From assembly GCA_051362555.1 (NCBI GenBank), contig CM120646.1:14632001-14696000 (forward strand): a DNA stretch of 64,000 bases. Reading direction: 5' to 3'. How positions within the stretch are numbered: position 1 is the first letter of the stretch; every line of letters starts with the position of its first letter. The notes under the pieces were generated by a model that saw only the letters and a list, made by a program, of their open reading frames with translations, did not search any database and was not told where the DNA came from. Below are positions 1 through 10,868 of the stretch, one piece after another. The DNA comes from Lingula anatina (taxonomy: Eukaryota; Animalia; Brachiopoda). The position numbers and the translations under genes were made by a program.

Positions 1-474
1 TGGGCGCGTCAAGCCAGAAGATGGACCATTGGTGCCGCTGAAGTCTTCCACTACTACGTTATTAAAGCTGGTCGCATGCCTTTCTGGCCTGCCTTCTCCT
101 GGGGTCTTTGTTTCCTTTCATACTACGGCATCCTACTCTGTTCGGGAGGTTTGTACGGTATCTCTGCCGGTTTGTCTATGGCTTTCCTGGTAAAAGACTC
201 ACCGTTCTACATTTACTACGTGATGTACGGTTTGGCCGGGCTCCAGCAACTCGCGTTCCTTGGGGTTTTCATGATGGATGTATTCGGACCAAGATTGATG
301 AAGGTCAAAGAGCATATAAGTTTCGTTCGTAACTTTCTTCATTTTCTCCTCACTCCGCTGGTGCTACTAGGGTATTCCTTGGTGGAGTTCTACGCCCTGC
401 ACGAAGTTGCTATCAGAGGAAAGGAAGTCTGTAAACATGGCGCCTCAAAGAAGAGTGCACTGGGAAGTGTTTAA
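1..474 (+). CDS. GT2-family processive glycosyltransferase-like membrane protein, copy 1 (3' part of last exon; gene starts before the window)
   Basis: Frame 1 from base 1 reads WARQARRWTIGAAEVFHYY...KKSALGSV* and is nearly identical to the C-termini of copies 2 and 3. Stop TAA at 472-474. Confidence 0.9.
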   Translation, partial: WARQARRWTIGAAEVFHYYVIKAGRMPFWPAFSWGLCFLSYYGILLCSGGLYGISAGLSMAFLVKDSPFYIYYVMYGLAGLQQLAFLGVFMMDVFGPRLMKVKEHISFVRNFLHFLLTPLVLLGYSLVEFYALHEVAIRGKEVCKHGASKKSALGSV

Positions 475-3400
475 GTGATATTTTTGTACAGACCTAAAAA
501 ATTTTTCGGAAAGAAATCAAAAACCGACGGGTTATTCCTACTCGTGGGGACCACGCTTGCAAGCCACACGCTTTGGGAATTCGTACACCAGATATCAGTA
601 CTCACGTGCTGTTCTCAACTGTCACAGTACGTCAAAACTGTCTCGTTAATACCACTGAATTATATCTAACAAAGACCAGCTCGTTGATAACTACATTTTT
701 AGCAAATATTCTCCTTACAGTTGAGAAATGTAAACGTAATAACCAAAGAAATATCTTTAAATACCAAACGAGAATAAGAATTCATGTGACCCTGCTAGTG
801 GGCAATCATCTTATCAGTTAAAGCTTTTAAAGTGGTATTTTATCAATAATGATGCAGTCTCGTATCCATTTGAAAAACCCTCGTATTGCATATAACACGA
901 CTTGCATTATCTTTCTTTAATGCTATGAGTGGCTTCGATGAATGCTCGCTCGTTATCGTCAATTTTAAATTGATTGTTTATTCACCGTTAATTGGTAAAC
1001 ATTGTGCGCCCTCTTTAGGGGTTAAACCTTCTCCCAAACAGGTCAAAGTGGAAACTTTATGCTGAATACATGTACAATCGTGGCACTTGTTAGCGTTAGA
1101 TGCTGAAACTGCATCTCGGTGCCACGCGTTTTATTTAAAACTTTAGACTTCTTGTCTCTTGTGTTTTGTAAGACTTGTTCTGAACAGTTCAACTAAGACT
1201 TACTGTCTCTTTTGAGCAAATTTTAATTTATTCAAATTTAAACGTACACGTTTATTAATTTTTTTTCATAAAAGTACTTTAAGCTTTTAAAATAAATATC
1301 TTTTACTGTATATAAGGATGTTATTCTTAGTTAACTCCAGATTATTGTCTCGTGTTTATTTATTAGAAAATCACTCTATGCAATATAATCAAGCATGTTG
1401 CAGTAGTTTTCATATAAAATGCATTCCATTTCATTATGTGCAGATTATTACGGATTAGTAAAATGAATTAAGGTTTACTCTAAGTGAACATATCTCTATA
1501 AAAGAAATGTTGTTTTTTGTTATCGTATTGTTAAAGCTTTATGTTATAATATCGTTTTTACATTTAGGCTTCTGGTAAGCGACTGGTTGTTTGGTGCCTC
1601 GCTTGCTTGTCATAGTTGTTTTAACGATAGATTTGTTGTATCATAATTGTATATATATGCATATGTTAATTTATTAATAAAAAATATACATATTTAAACA
1701 AACTTAATCTATTTCAAACTTTATCTATTTTTACGTAATAACGACGAAGAATTAACACATTAATAAGAGCTCAGACAATTTATTATTTAGTTGAGCTCAC
1801 ACGAAAGAACCATTTTCGGACAAACTTTTCCCTTTCTTTAACACGCTAATGTTCGAAACAGAAACGTTCTTATTATTTTCGTTGTCGTTGTCTTCTGACA
1901 ATTCAGTAGACTTCGGCGGTTTAATGATGATCCATTTTTAGTTTACAATTACATTATTTGACAAGAAATGGTACAAAAACATTGAATCCAAGTGCAAAGA
2001 TGAGTCGAGACATAATTCATGGGATGGAAATTGTTTTTTCCTTTGGTGTGATTAAGATATAGGAAATATAAAATTTGTGTTACATTTAAATTTGCTTCAC
2101 GATGAGCCATGTTCAACGACGCGAACAACATTCACACAAACACTGATGAAAAAAATGATGCACTTATTTTCCAAGATGACGTTGACGTCCCTCTTCCCCT
2201 TTAAGAACACACAATGTTTGTTTCAATGCAGAATGGAATCAACAAAGAAACTACAATTTCCATTTTCCGACACTCTCCCACAAAACTGATGTTTATTCAT
2301 GTTCGAATGGAGACTGTGTGTAAGACGGCGCATGAAGTGGTTTTTGGCTTATTTTATATCGTTAATTGCATTCATTAGCGCAAAGATTACATATTTTGTT
2401 ATTTTGATAAACGAACGTACACAAATCAAGGTGTTTCAACCTCTTTGTTTTTATTGGTTATTTAGCACTTAACTGTCCAATTTTTTCTCTCAGGGTAGCT
2501 GCGATAATCTTACTACATGTTTGGTATGCTATGTGGCATTTTATATATGCAGAAAAACAATTGTTTTTGAATATCCTATATCTATCAATTTTTTAACATT
2601 CATAAAAATACATTTAACAAAATATTTCAATTTCAAATTATTTATCCTTAATCTGTTTACAATTTTAGAGTTTTTATGATGCACTCAGTTAGCAAGATAA
2701 AGCCCCTTTCCTCTTTAAAAAACATGTTTATTTTAATTATGTAAATGTAGAATGAACTTCACAAAAAAGCTTGGAGCAAGCTATGTGCTCGATTTCCATT
2801 GTTTGGACACTCCCGTTCGAAACTGGTGTTGGTACGAAGGGAAATTGTTTGTAAGACGACGCATGAAGTGGTTTGTGGCTAACTTAACAGCCTGTAAGCG
2901 TGTCCGTTCACACTTCGTTTGTTGTGGTCACTGGAGACGTCAAAAGGCATGTTAATTTCCTTGTGCTAATCAGATTTTTATCTGCTCCGGGTACACGTGT
3001 CCGAAAGTGAGAGTTTAATCCAAATGGCTTGTATTGAAACAAGTGCCCTCTCCTCATATGGTGTAATATATTTCAAAGTTGATAATCTTTTAGTATGCTA
3101 TTTATACTTAATGACTGACTGCAGATATTCAAATGTAAATTCTCTTAACATGCTTCAACATTCAAACATATGGCAACATACTTCCATAAAGATAGATAGA
3201 CAATAATTCATAAATACATCATCTAATTTGGAAGAACTCTGCGATTGTAAATATGTGAACATGTTTCCTTATACCTGTCATTGACTGACTGTCAGAGATG
3301 AAGATCTCGATATCAAGTCAATAATTATTATGGCGTTTTTTTTTTTTTTGTTTTTTTTTTTACATGAGGTTAATAATGCAATATGCACGATTATTGGATT

Positions 3401-3880
3401 CAAGTAAAAATTACATATTAGTATATCACTACCCTAAATAAGAAGGAAATGATAATATCTTTTGTTTCGTGTCCACATTCCAATTGGCGTTGAATATCCT
3501 TTATCAACATCAGTTTTTACATTTAAAAATTGCCTAATATATATTAAACAAAGTACCTCAATTTGAAATTATATATTATTCATCTCTTCACAGTTTTAAA
3601 CCCTATAGACGACTGTTATGAAGCCAGCTATACAAGTCTGATAGAAGGAAAAGTTGGCAAAGATGCATGGGGCATCTGTACTTAATTTTTCACAAAATAG
3701 GGCTAATGGTTTTAGAATGACAAACATAATTTGAAGTAAAAATGCAAAATTTTGAAAAGCTGCCATAAAATAGTTCACATCATGATTGAATAAATCGTCA
3801 GCAACTCTGAATAAACTTAGAAGAAACAGGTCGAAATACACTGTTAAAGGGCTAGAGTCTAAAGTTTTAAAAACCCATAC

Positions 3881-4028
3881 AGTAGAGTAAGGCTCCGTTG
3901 ATTGGTTGAGTAAGTCGTATGCCCTATCAGCAGCCCGTGGCAGGTACGAACATGTTCGTTCCAGTGATAACCTCACCTCCCCTGGTGTCATTACCTGAGG
4001 ACAGGTGAATGCGTACGTCACAAAACTC
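3881..4028 (+). promoter_or_regulatory. Conserved non-coding element upstream of GT2 copy 2 (paralogous to 10719-10868)
   Basis: About 150 bp, nearly identical to 10719-10868, including a long exact core ccagtgataacctcacctcccctggtgtcattacctgaggacaggtgaatgcgtacgt. Flanks align much more loosely. Contains ATTGG (CCAAT), TGATAA (GATA), CAGGTG (E-box) and GAACATGTTC. Confidence 0.55.
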
Positions 4029-4052
4029 CATTATAAATTAATTTTTTATTTC

Positions 4053-4053
4053 C

Positions 4054-4090
<37 letters not shown>
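4053..4090. repeat. (CT)n microsatellite
   Basis: Visible dinucleotide run. Confidence 0.9.
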
Positions 4091-4092
<2 letters not shown>

Positions 4093-4214
4093 ATACAATT
4101 GGCGTCTTGTTTACACTTAATTTCGGACACAATGGCCATGAGTAAGGGCGTGAGTGAGCGCGAGATATGTGGGCGTGTGTGTGTTTGTGTGCCTGTTTGT
4201 GTGCGTTTGAGACC

Positions 4215-4474
4215 ATTCCCAGAGACTTTCGATCTATCTCCAAGGGGAGTCTCACTAAATTGCTATCAACTTAAGCGGCTTATATGTCTGTCACGCCTAC
4301 TAAAGCTGTAAGGGGGTAGTTAACTACCGGAGGCCGAGCCTGCACGAAAGTTGATTACCCCCTAGCTGATTTGGTAGGCGTGACAGACATTTAAGCCGCT
4401 GAAGTTGATAGCAATTAAGCGTGAATCCCCATGGAGTGAGACCGATTCTGATGGATCGATCTAGGCATGGGAAC
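4215..4474. mobile_element. Foldback/MITE-like palindromic element, family A
   Basis: Left arm aattgctatcaacttaagcggcttatatgtctgtcacgcctac is the reverse complement of right arm gtaggcgtgacagacatttaagccgctgaagttgatagcaatt. Termini are TTCCCA...TGGGAA. Related copies at 5321 and 61248. Confidence 0.75.
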
Positions 4475-4499
4475 CCAGTCTCCTCTAAACACGATTAAC

Positions 4500-5058
4500 C
4501 AGCAATGTGTTCCTGTTTTGTCAATAAAATCATAAGTTGTTTCAGTGTGATAATTTCAAAAAAAAAAAAAAAAAAAAAAAAATGGAGGAGTCAGCGCGAA
4601 TCGCGCTTGTGAAGAGACGCAATCTGTGTTTCAGTTGCTTAGATGCAGGACATTTTCCCGATAGCCGTAGTTAGCTGTCTATGTGCAGAGTGACCGGTTG
4701 TGCTGGCAAGCACTCTAGATTATTTCACGTCACCGATCAGTTCGTGATAATGCTGTTTAGCCTGATAAGCCCACGAGTTTTTAGGTCGCGTTAATAAATA
4801 GTGGTGCTCTTTCAGCACCGTTACGTGAGAGTTTGCACATTGTTACAGTTAGGGTAAATAACAAGACAAAAGGACTCGCGATTTTGGATAGCGGGTCCAC
4901 GTCTTCTACCATATCTCTGTACTTGACTTCTTTTCTTTGCCTTGATACAAATGATAAAGTTCAGTGTCTGCTACAATTCAAAGTTTATTCGGTCAACTGT
5001 TGTTTAACTTGACGTGTCTCATTGCAACGACACTTCGAAGACATACCGCCTGTTTTTT
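4500..5058 (+). mobile_element. Degenerate BEL/Pao LTR-retrotransposon gag-protease fragment
   Basis: Translates FCQ*NHKLFQCDNFK...MEESARIALVKRRNLCFSCLDAGHFPDSRS*LSMCRVTGCAGKHSRLFH (BEL/Pao-type triple zinc knuckle), then LHIVTVRV...AILDSGSTSS (aspartic protease, DSG near 4887). Internal stops are present. Confidence 0.8.
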
Positions 5059-5061
5059 CTG

Positions 5062-8000
5062 ATGTCGGGGAGTGACAGCGAAAGTGGCATTGACAGCACT
5101 CCACATAGTGCGGTAAGCACACCCCAAAGACATTCCAAAAATAAAAAGCCAGTCTCGAAGAAAAATGTGGATTTCTCTAATCCCAAAGAAGGTAAGGTAT
5201 ACCAGCCACTAGTATATGAATGGCAATTATTAAAGCGGCATACAAACCGAGGGAGGGTGCTATCATAGTTGTTGGGATGATATAACAGTGATGTCAAAAA
5301 TTGTCAAAAATCTTAGACGCCATTCCCATAGATTTTACATCGATCTATCCCTGTGGGGAGTCTCACTAGATTACTGTCAGCTTAGCCGGCTTCAGTGTCT
5401 GTCCCGCCTACTAAAAGCTGTAAGGGGGTAATTAACTATGGTGCGCGCTCGGCTGACGGCAATTTAGCGTGAACCCCCAGGGAGTTAGGTCGATCTAAAT
5501 CTCTGGGAATGCACCCTTAAATAATCACCACCATCAGATGTATATATTATTCGTCAAACGCGATTTTTTCTTTCGTTTTTTGTCCGTTCTTCGCGTTCAG
5601 TTTTACGCTCTGCGGTCTTCGAAAACGGTTTGCGCGCGCACAATTCATTCACTGCGCGTGCACCTTTTACTATACTAGCACTATCAGGGCTTCCTAACCA
5701 GTGCGTCATTCGACGTTGTCTCAGTGCAAGGTTTCCGAACGTTAAACGTCTTAATACCACTCTTGTCGTGCCATTGTCCTATCTATTATAACCCTTCTAT
5801 TCGTGCAAGTTTTGTGTCGTACTTCCTTCTGCTTTATCCCTCTTCTGTACTAAAAAGTTTTTTCTTCGCATCGTCCGCTGCATTGACTTGTTAAATTAGG
5901 ATAGGCACGTGGTACGCCTGTTCACTCGACCTTCACTGATGGAAAGTAGGTTGAGCAGTTTTCCCACACTTCTTCCCGACCGTTCATTCATATGCTAATA
6001 TCTGAGTCACATGACACGCAAAGTACGTTACAATTGCGAGATGTAAATGCGATTTTAGTTCTTTATTTCTACATACTTGGCGCGCGTTAGACGTTATATT
6101 TGACTTAGATCTTGTTTATTTGAAGTGTTTGGTGCTGTGAAAGTGCTGTTTTTGTGAATAATTGCAAACAAAAACCGCTTTGTATGCCCGTTTTAAGTAC
6201 TGTAAAAGTACTGTTTTGCTAACAGTATTGAACACTCCAATAGTATATCAATGCCCTGGTAGCGTTAAGGTGATACAACTCTTCTGTTAGATTTCATTTT
6301 GTTGGTCGTGTGACCATTCTCATACATGGAATTCACTGGTAATTCGGGACGCATGGAGGCGGTCGTGGAGTGAACGTAGAATTTTGATTGCAACTGGTGA
6401 ATACAATTATTTTGCCTTTTTAAGAATTAAAAAAAATTTTTTACACAAATCCACGTAGTTTTATTCAACTGGAAGGTAAGATTTTGGATGGTAATTCAGT
6501 GAGAATTTAAGTTATGTGCGTATAATTCCCTTGTTTACCTTTATGATGTCGTGGTGGTGGCCGCTGTTTTGGAATTTTAAGCTGTGCATATCGTTTTTTG
6601 AATGAAAAATAAAATTACGGTAAAAAGTAGAAAGGTGCATTTTTTCGGTAGGTGTTTTAGCCATAATTATATATATATGTCAGAGTAATTCTTGTTGGTG
6701 TTAATTATCAAAATCAGTCCTCATTATCGGCCAGTGGTGGTTTACCAGAAAAATATATCACCTTTTGAGCATGGAATTTGAACTGAAGTACAATTGTTTG
6801 GTGAATTTTACATGGTTTGACTATACGCATTGGAGCTGCGTTCGTTTTTAAAACAACGGTAACACTGTTTCCAACATGGGCACTGCGCAAGGAACACCGC
6901 TAAAAGGGATTTTAACTCTTTTTTAACGTTTTGTCCAAAAAATGAATTTTCCTGGAGTAAACAACAATTTCCCATACTTACCAATAGTTAATGAATCCAT
7001 TTTTACATTCAAAGTTAATCCCTGTTTTTTTCTAAAAACGTTTTTTTTTGTTATAATCTCTTAAAAGATTAAAACAGGGTATAGCCATCAGTGGAGGTCG
7101 CATGCTCAGAAATCAGAATTATAGCTATAACTGCCGTTTTTGTGGTAAACCAGACGCGTGGGGAGGCGTGTGAGAGGCGGAGAGACCATTACAGGATTAA
7201 GCGGTCTTCATTTCACCATTTTTGAGCCTTGGACGATTGATATTCGGATCTTCTATCCTGAATGGCCCCAAAGTTATCATTTTATATCGCAAATAGTGAG
7301 ACGCTATTTTTTCAAATAAACAATGGCTGCCTATGTATGTCTTCTTAATTCATGCAAAATTTAACCATGCAATCCACTACTGAGCCAGAATAAAAAAAGG
7401 CTTTTCTTGTCCTAAGTGGGCCCTGCAACATTATTCATATACCATTCATATACCATACTTTTCCTAAAAACCACAGCAGAAAAGAGAAAAATGTAATGGC
7501 TTTGTTTCATAATATTCCATACTTTAAGTAAGAATGTATGGTTTGGCCTATGCTATGTAATGGGTATTTACCAACCCATCGCTGCATTGTTGTTATGTAA
7601 CAGGGTATTTCTTCTCCTTTCAGAGCTGCAAAATGAAATGAAAGTGCAATACAAAGCAGGTTCCCAAGATTCCACCAGGGCCAAACAGAACCAGATTTAT
7701 GCCGGCGTCCAACTATCGCCGAAGGTTCTTACCCAGAAAGGAGAAGGTTCACCAATAGAGAACAAAGACCGTATCGCCGTATTTTCAGAAGAAAATTACA
7801 AAACCCAAAGAAATTATACAGCAACTAATGAACTACCTCCACAGGAAGACCTCTCAGAAGGAAAATCACCACTTCATGGGGCCATTGACACAGCGGTTAC
7901 TCATAAACCATTAAAGGCAGGGAAACAGAGGTTCAGGTGGAACCTTATATTTAACCTTCTCTTCTGGATCATCGTCCCAATGCCTGTGTGGGTGCCGTTT

Positions 8001-9578
8001 GTGTCACAGACCGTCGCCTGGTACTTAATTCCCGCTGTCCAGGCTGTGTTTGTCTTCATGTGGGTGGTCGTGGTTACCTTGGCCTGCAAGAACATGATTG
8101 TCCTTTACATGTAAGTATTGGCTTTTGAATGACCTCTAAATCACAAAAGATACTGAAGCCGCAAAGAAACAATGAAGAAAGATGTTTTAGTTTTTCAAAT
8201 TTATGTAGATTGTTGTGTTAAAGTACATATAATATTTATTATTTTTTAAAAATATTACTGCCGCAAAAAATCCTTCAATTCATATTCTCTACTTCTTTAT
8301 TTCAGGAACAAAAATAAAGATTTCCGAGAAGACTATCCCGACTACATTGAAATCCGCCACCTGGTGGTTATCAGCTGTTACAAGGAACCAGTAGAACTGA
8401 TTGCAAGAAGCGTTCAGACTTTAGCAGACCAGACCGAAGTCGGGCGCATCTCCATGTTGATTTCATTTGAAGAAAAGACACCGGAAGTGCAAACCAAATG
8501 CGATAAACTTCGCGAAATTTTTAAGGATGCTGGTTTCGAGCGTCTAATCCTCAACATTCACCCCTTTGGTCTTCCAAATGAGATCCCAGGAAAGTGCTCC
8601 AATGTTAATCACGGCCTCCGGCAGGCGACACAGGTAATGCAAGAGGAGCTTGGGGCATACTTCGATGCTGAAAAGATTATTGTTACCAATTCTGACGCCG
8701 ACACACACTTCCACCCTAGCTACATCGCAGCTCTGACTTCCAAGTTCATAAAGGAGAAAACCCCACATGGAGTCATATTCCAGGCACCCTTGTTCTACAA
8801 CTGGGGTTTGGATGGAAGTAGCTTTGTCACCCGTGTAACCGGCCTTCTGCGCACCACTCTGATGATGGGGGCTCTGATCCCATTCAACATCAATTCCATG
8901 AGCATTTTCTCCTTTTCCTTGCGTCTGTGTATTGACGGAAACTTTGGTCACCCTGCATACCAGATGGAGGATATTATCTGCCTCATCCGATGGATGGGCG
9001 TAACTCGTCGCCGCCTCCGTATTCCGATGATTCCGGTCCCCGTCATCAGCGGACCCACATCCGGTGAGACCGTGGAGCTAGAAGTGGCTGAGTGGGCGCG
9101 TCAAGCCAGAAGATGGACCATTGGTGCCGCTGAAGTTTTCCACTACTACGTGATGAAAGCCGGTCGCATGCCGTTCTGGCCTGCCTTCTCCTGGGGTCTT
9201 TGTTTCCTTTCTTACTACGGCGTCCTGCTCTGCTCGGGAGGTTTGTACGGTATCTCTGCCGGTTTGTCTATGGCTTTCCTGGTGAAAGACGCACCGTTCT
9301 ACATTAACTACGCGATGTACGGTTTGGCTGGGCTCCAGCAACTCGCTTTTCTTTGGGTCTTCATGATGGACGTATTCGGACCAAGGCTGATGAAGGTCAA
9401 AGAGCATATTAGTTTCGTTCGTAACTTTCTTCATTTTCTCCTCACTCCGCTGGTGCTACTAGGGTACTCCTTGGTGGAGTTCTACGCTCTGCACGAAGTT
9501 GCTGTCAGAGGAAAAGAAGTCTGCAAACATGGCGCCTCAAAGAAGAGTGCGCTGGGAGTTGTCTCATCAACAGTTTAG
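5062..9578 (+). CDS. GT2-family processive glycosyltransferase-like membrane protein, copy 2 (5'-truncated; 629 aa if the ATG at 5062 is used)
   Basis: join(5062..5191,7624..8110,8306..9578). GT-AG introns, phases 1 and 2, same as copy 3. Motifs YKEP, EIPGKCSN, NSDAD, QMED, QARRW. Two N-terminal and several C-terminal hydrophobic helices. Start codon uncertain. Confidence 0.8.
5321..5511. mobile_element. Foldback/MITE-like element, family A (internally deleted copy)
   Basis: CATTCCCA...TGGGAATG termini. Shares ggggagtctcacta and gcctactaaa(a)gctgtaagggggta with 4215-4474. Confidence 0.7.
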
Positions 9579-10718
9579 GGACCTGGATTTTATATATGGT
9601 AGCTCACAAGCAGAAAGTGTCCCTTTTTTGGCGATATTCATGGGTCTCCCTAAATATCGGGGAGCAACCCTATTTTATCGGAAACCGTACTGGTTTCTGT
9701 TAGTATATATCTGTGCAATATGTCTTCTTATAAACCTGATTACTTGAACTCTGTATATATATGTGCACATGACTCATGGAACAGAAATAGCGCATGTCTT
9801 CTACTACTGCAATTATCTCCTGTAGTTTTTGACAAGAGTAAATTGGAATATACTGTATTTCTTGTGTTATGGGAAGGAATGTTCCTTAACCTGAAAGAGT
9901 GTATCCCAGGCGTGTAATTTACCGTGATAATTTAAGTCCTAATCCTAATGATATGCAAGGTTTCTATCTATAAAATGGGATGAAAAAAGAGCATGTGACA
10001 CGACAATTCAAAAGTTGTGAAATTGAAATATTCTACTCCAAAGAAGTTAGGAAACACTTAGAAAATCAGATATTAAAAAAGTTAACTGTCCAATAGCTAT
10101 TTATATCTGCTCTGTACAATGTCAGAGGGCGAGGGCTGCATCCAAATGACAACAAATTGTAATCAAGTACCCTCACGTTGTATGGTGAATTTCCTCAATC
10201 ATTATCTTACATTATCTGACAGCCCAATTATTTCTATTGGTAATATATCATACAGCTGTGCCATTTTTATGTAAGCTCCGATTAATTAACTATATCTTTG
10301 AAAACTTGAACGCGGGATTTTCATAGAAAAGCAATAAAATTGTCTGCATTAATATTCTAACACTAAAAATCGTCACGAATAAAAAAGTATTTTACGAAAT
10401 CCATCAATCTGAAAATGATAGATCCCTACACCTGAGCACATTTTCGGTGCTTTGAACGCTGGTGTACCTAAAAATATTCAGGTAGATAACAGTAAAAGGC
10501 CTGGGGTGAAGATGCCAACTTCATCTTGAAATAGTGCTTATATTGTGTGATGTCTTTTAGAATGACAATGAAAAATATGAAATAAAATGCAAACGTTGGA
10601 AAAACTGCCACAACATATATAAAATCATAACTAAATAAGTTTACAAAGATGCATAAACTTAGAAGGATCTGAACGAAATACGCTGTTAAAGGATTACAAT
10701 TTAAAAAAGAAATCAGAC

Positions 10719-10868
10719 AGTAGAGTAAGGTTCCGTTGATTGGATGAGTAAGCTGTTTGTCCTATCAGCAGCCCGTGACAGGTACGGACATGTTCGCTCC
10801 AGTGATAACCTCACCTCCCCTGGTGTCATTACCTGAGGACAGGTGAATGCGTACGTTACAAAACCCTT
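10719..10868 (+). promoter_or_regulatory. Conserved non-coding element upstream of GT2 copy 3 (paralogous to 3881-4028)
   Basis: See 3881-4028. Looser homology extends over about 10500-11000 versus about 3650-4190. Confidence 0.55.

Noticed and set aside
8544-9434. Antisense ORFs opposite the GT2 exons
   Set aside because: Shadow ORFs of GC-richer coding sequence, not consistently preserved between paralogues.
8364-9578. Calling the GT2 genes chitin synthase, hyaluronan synthase, egghead/bre-3 or tunicate CesA
   Set aside because: The family-diagnostic motifs (EDR plus QRRRW; GDDR plus QQTRW; HLDEE; KAG/QTP/TED) are absent. Only the generic processive GT2 signature is supported, so no gene symbol is given.
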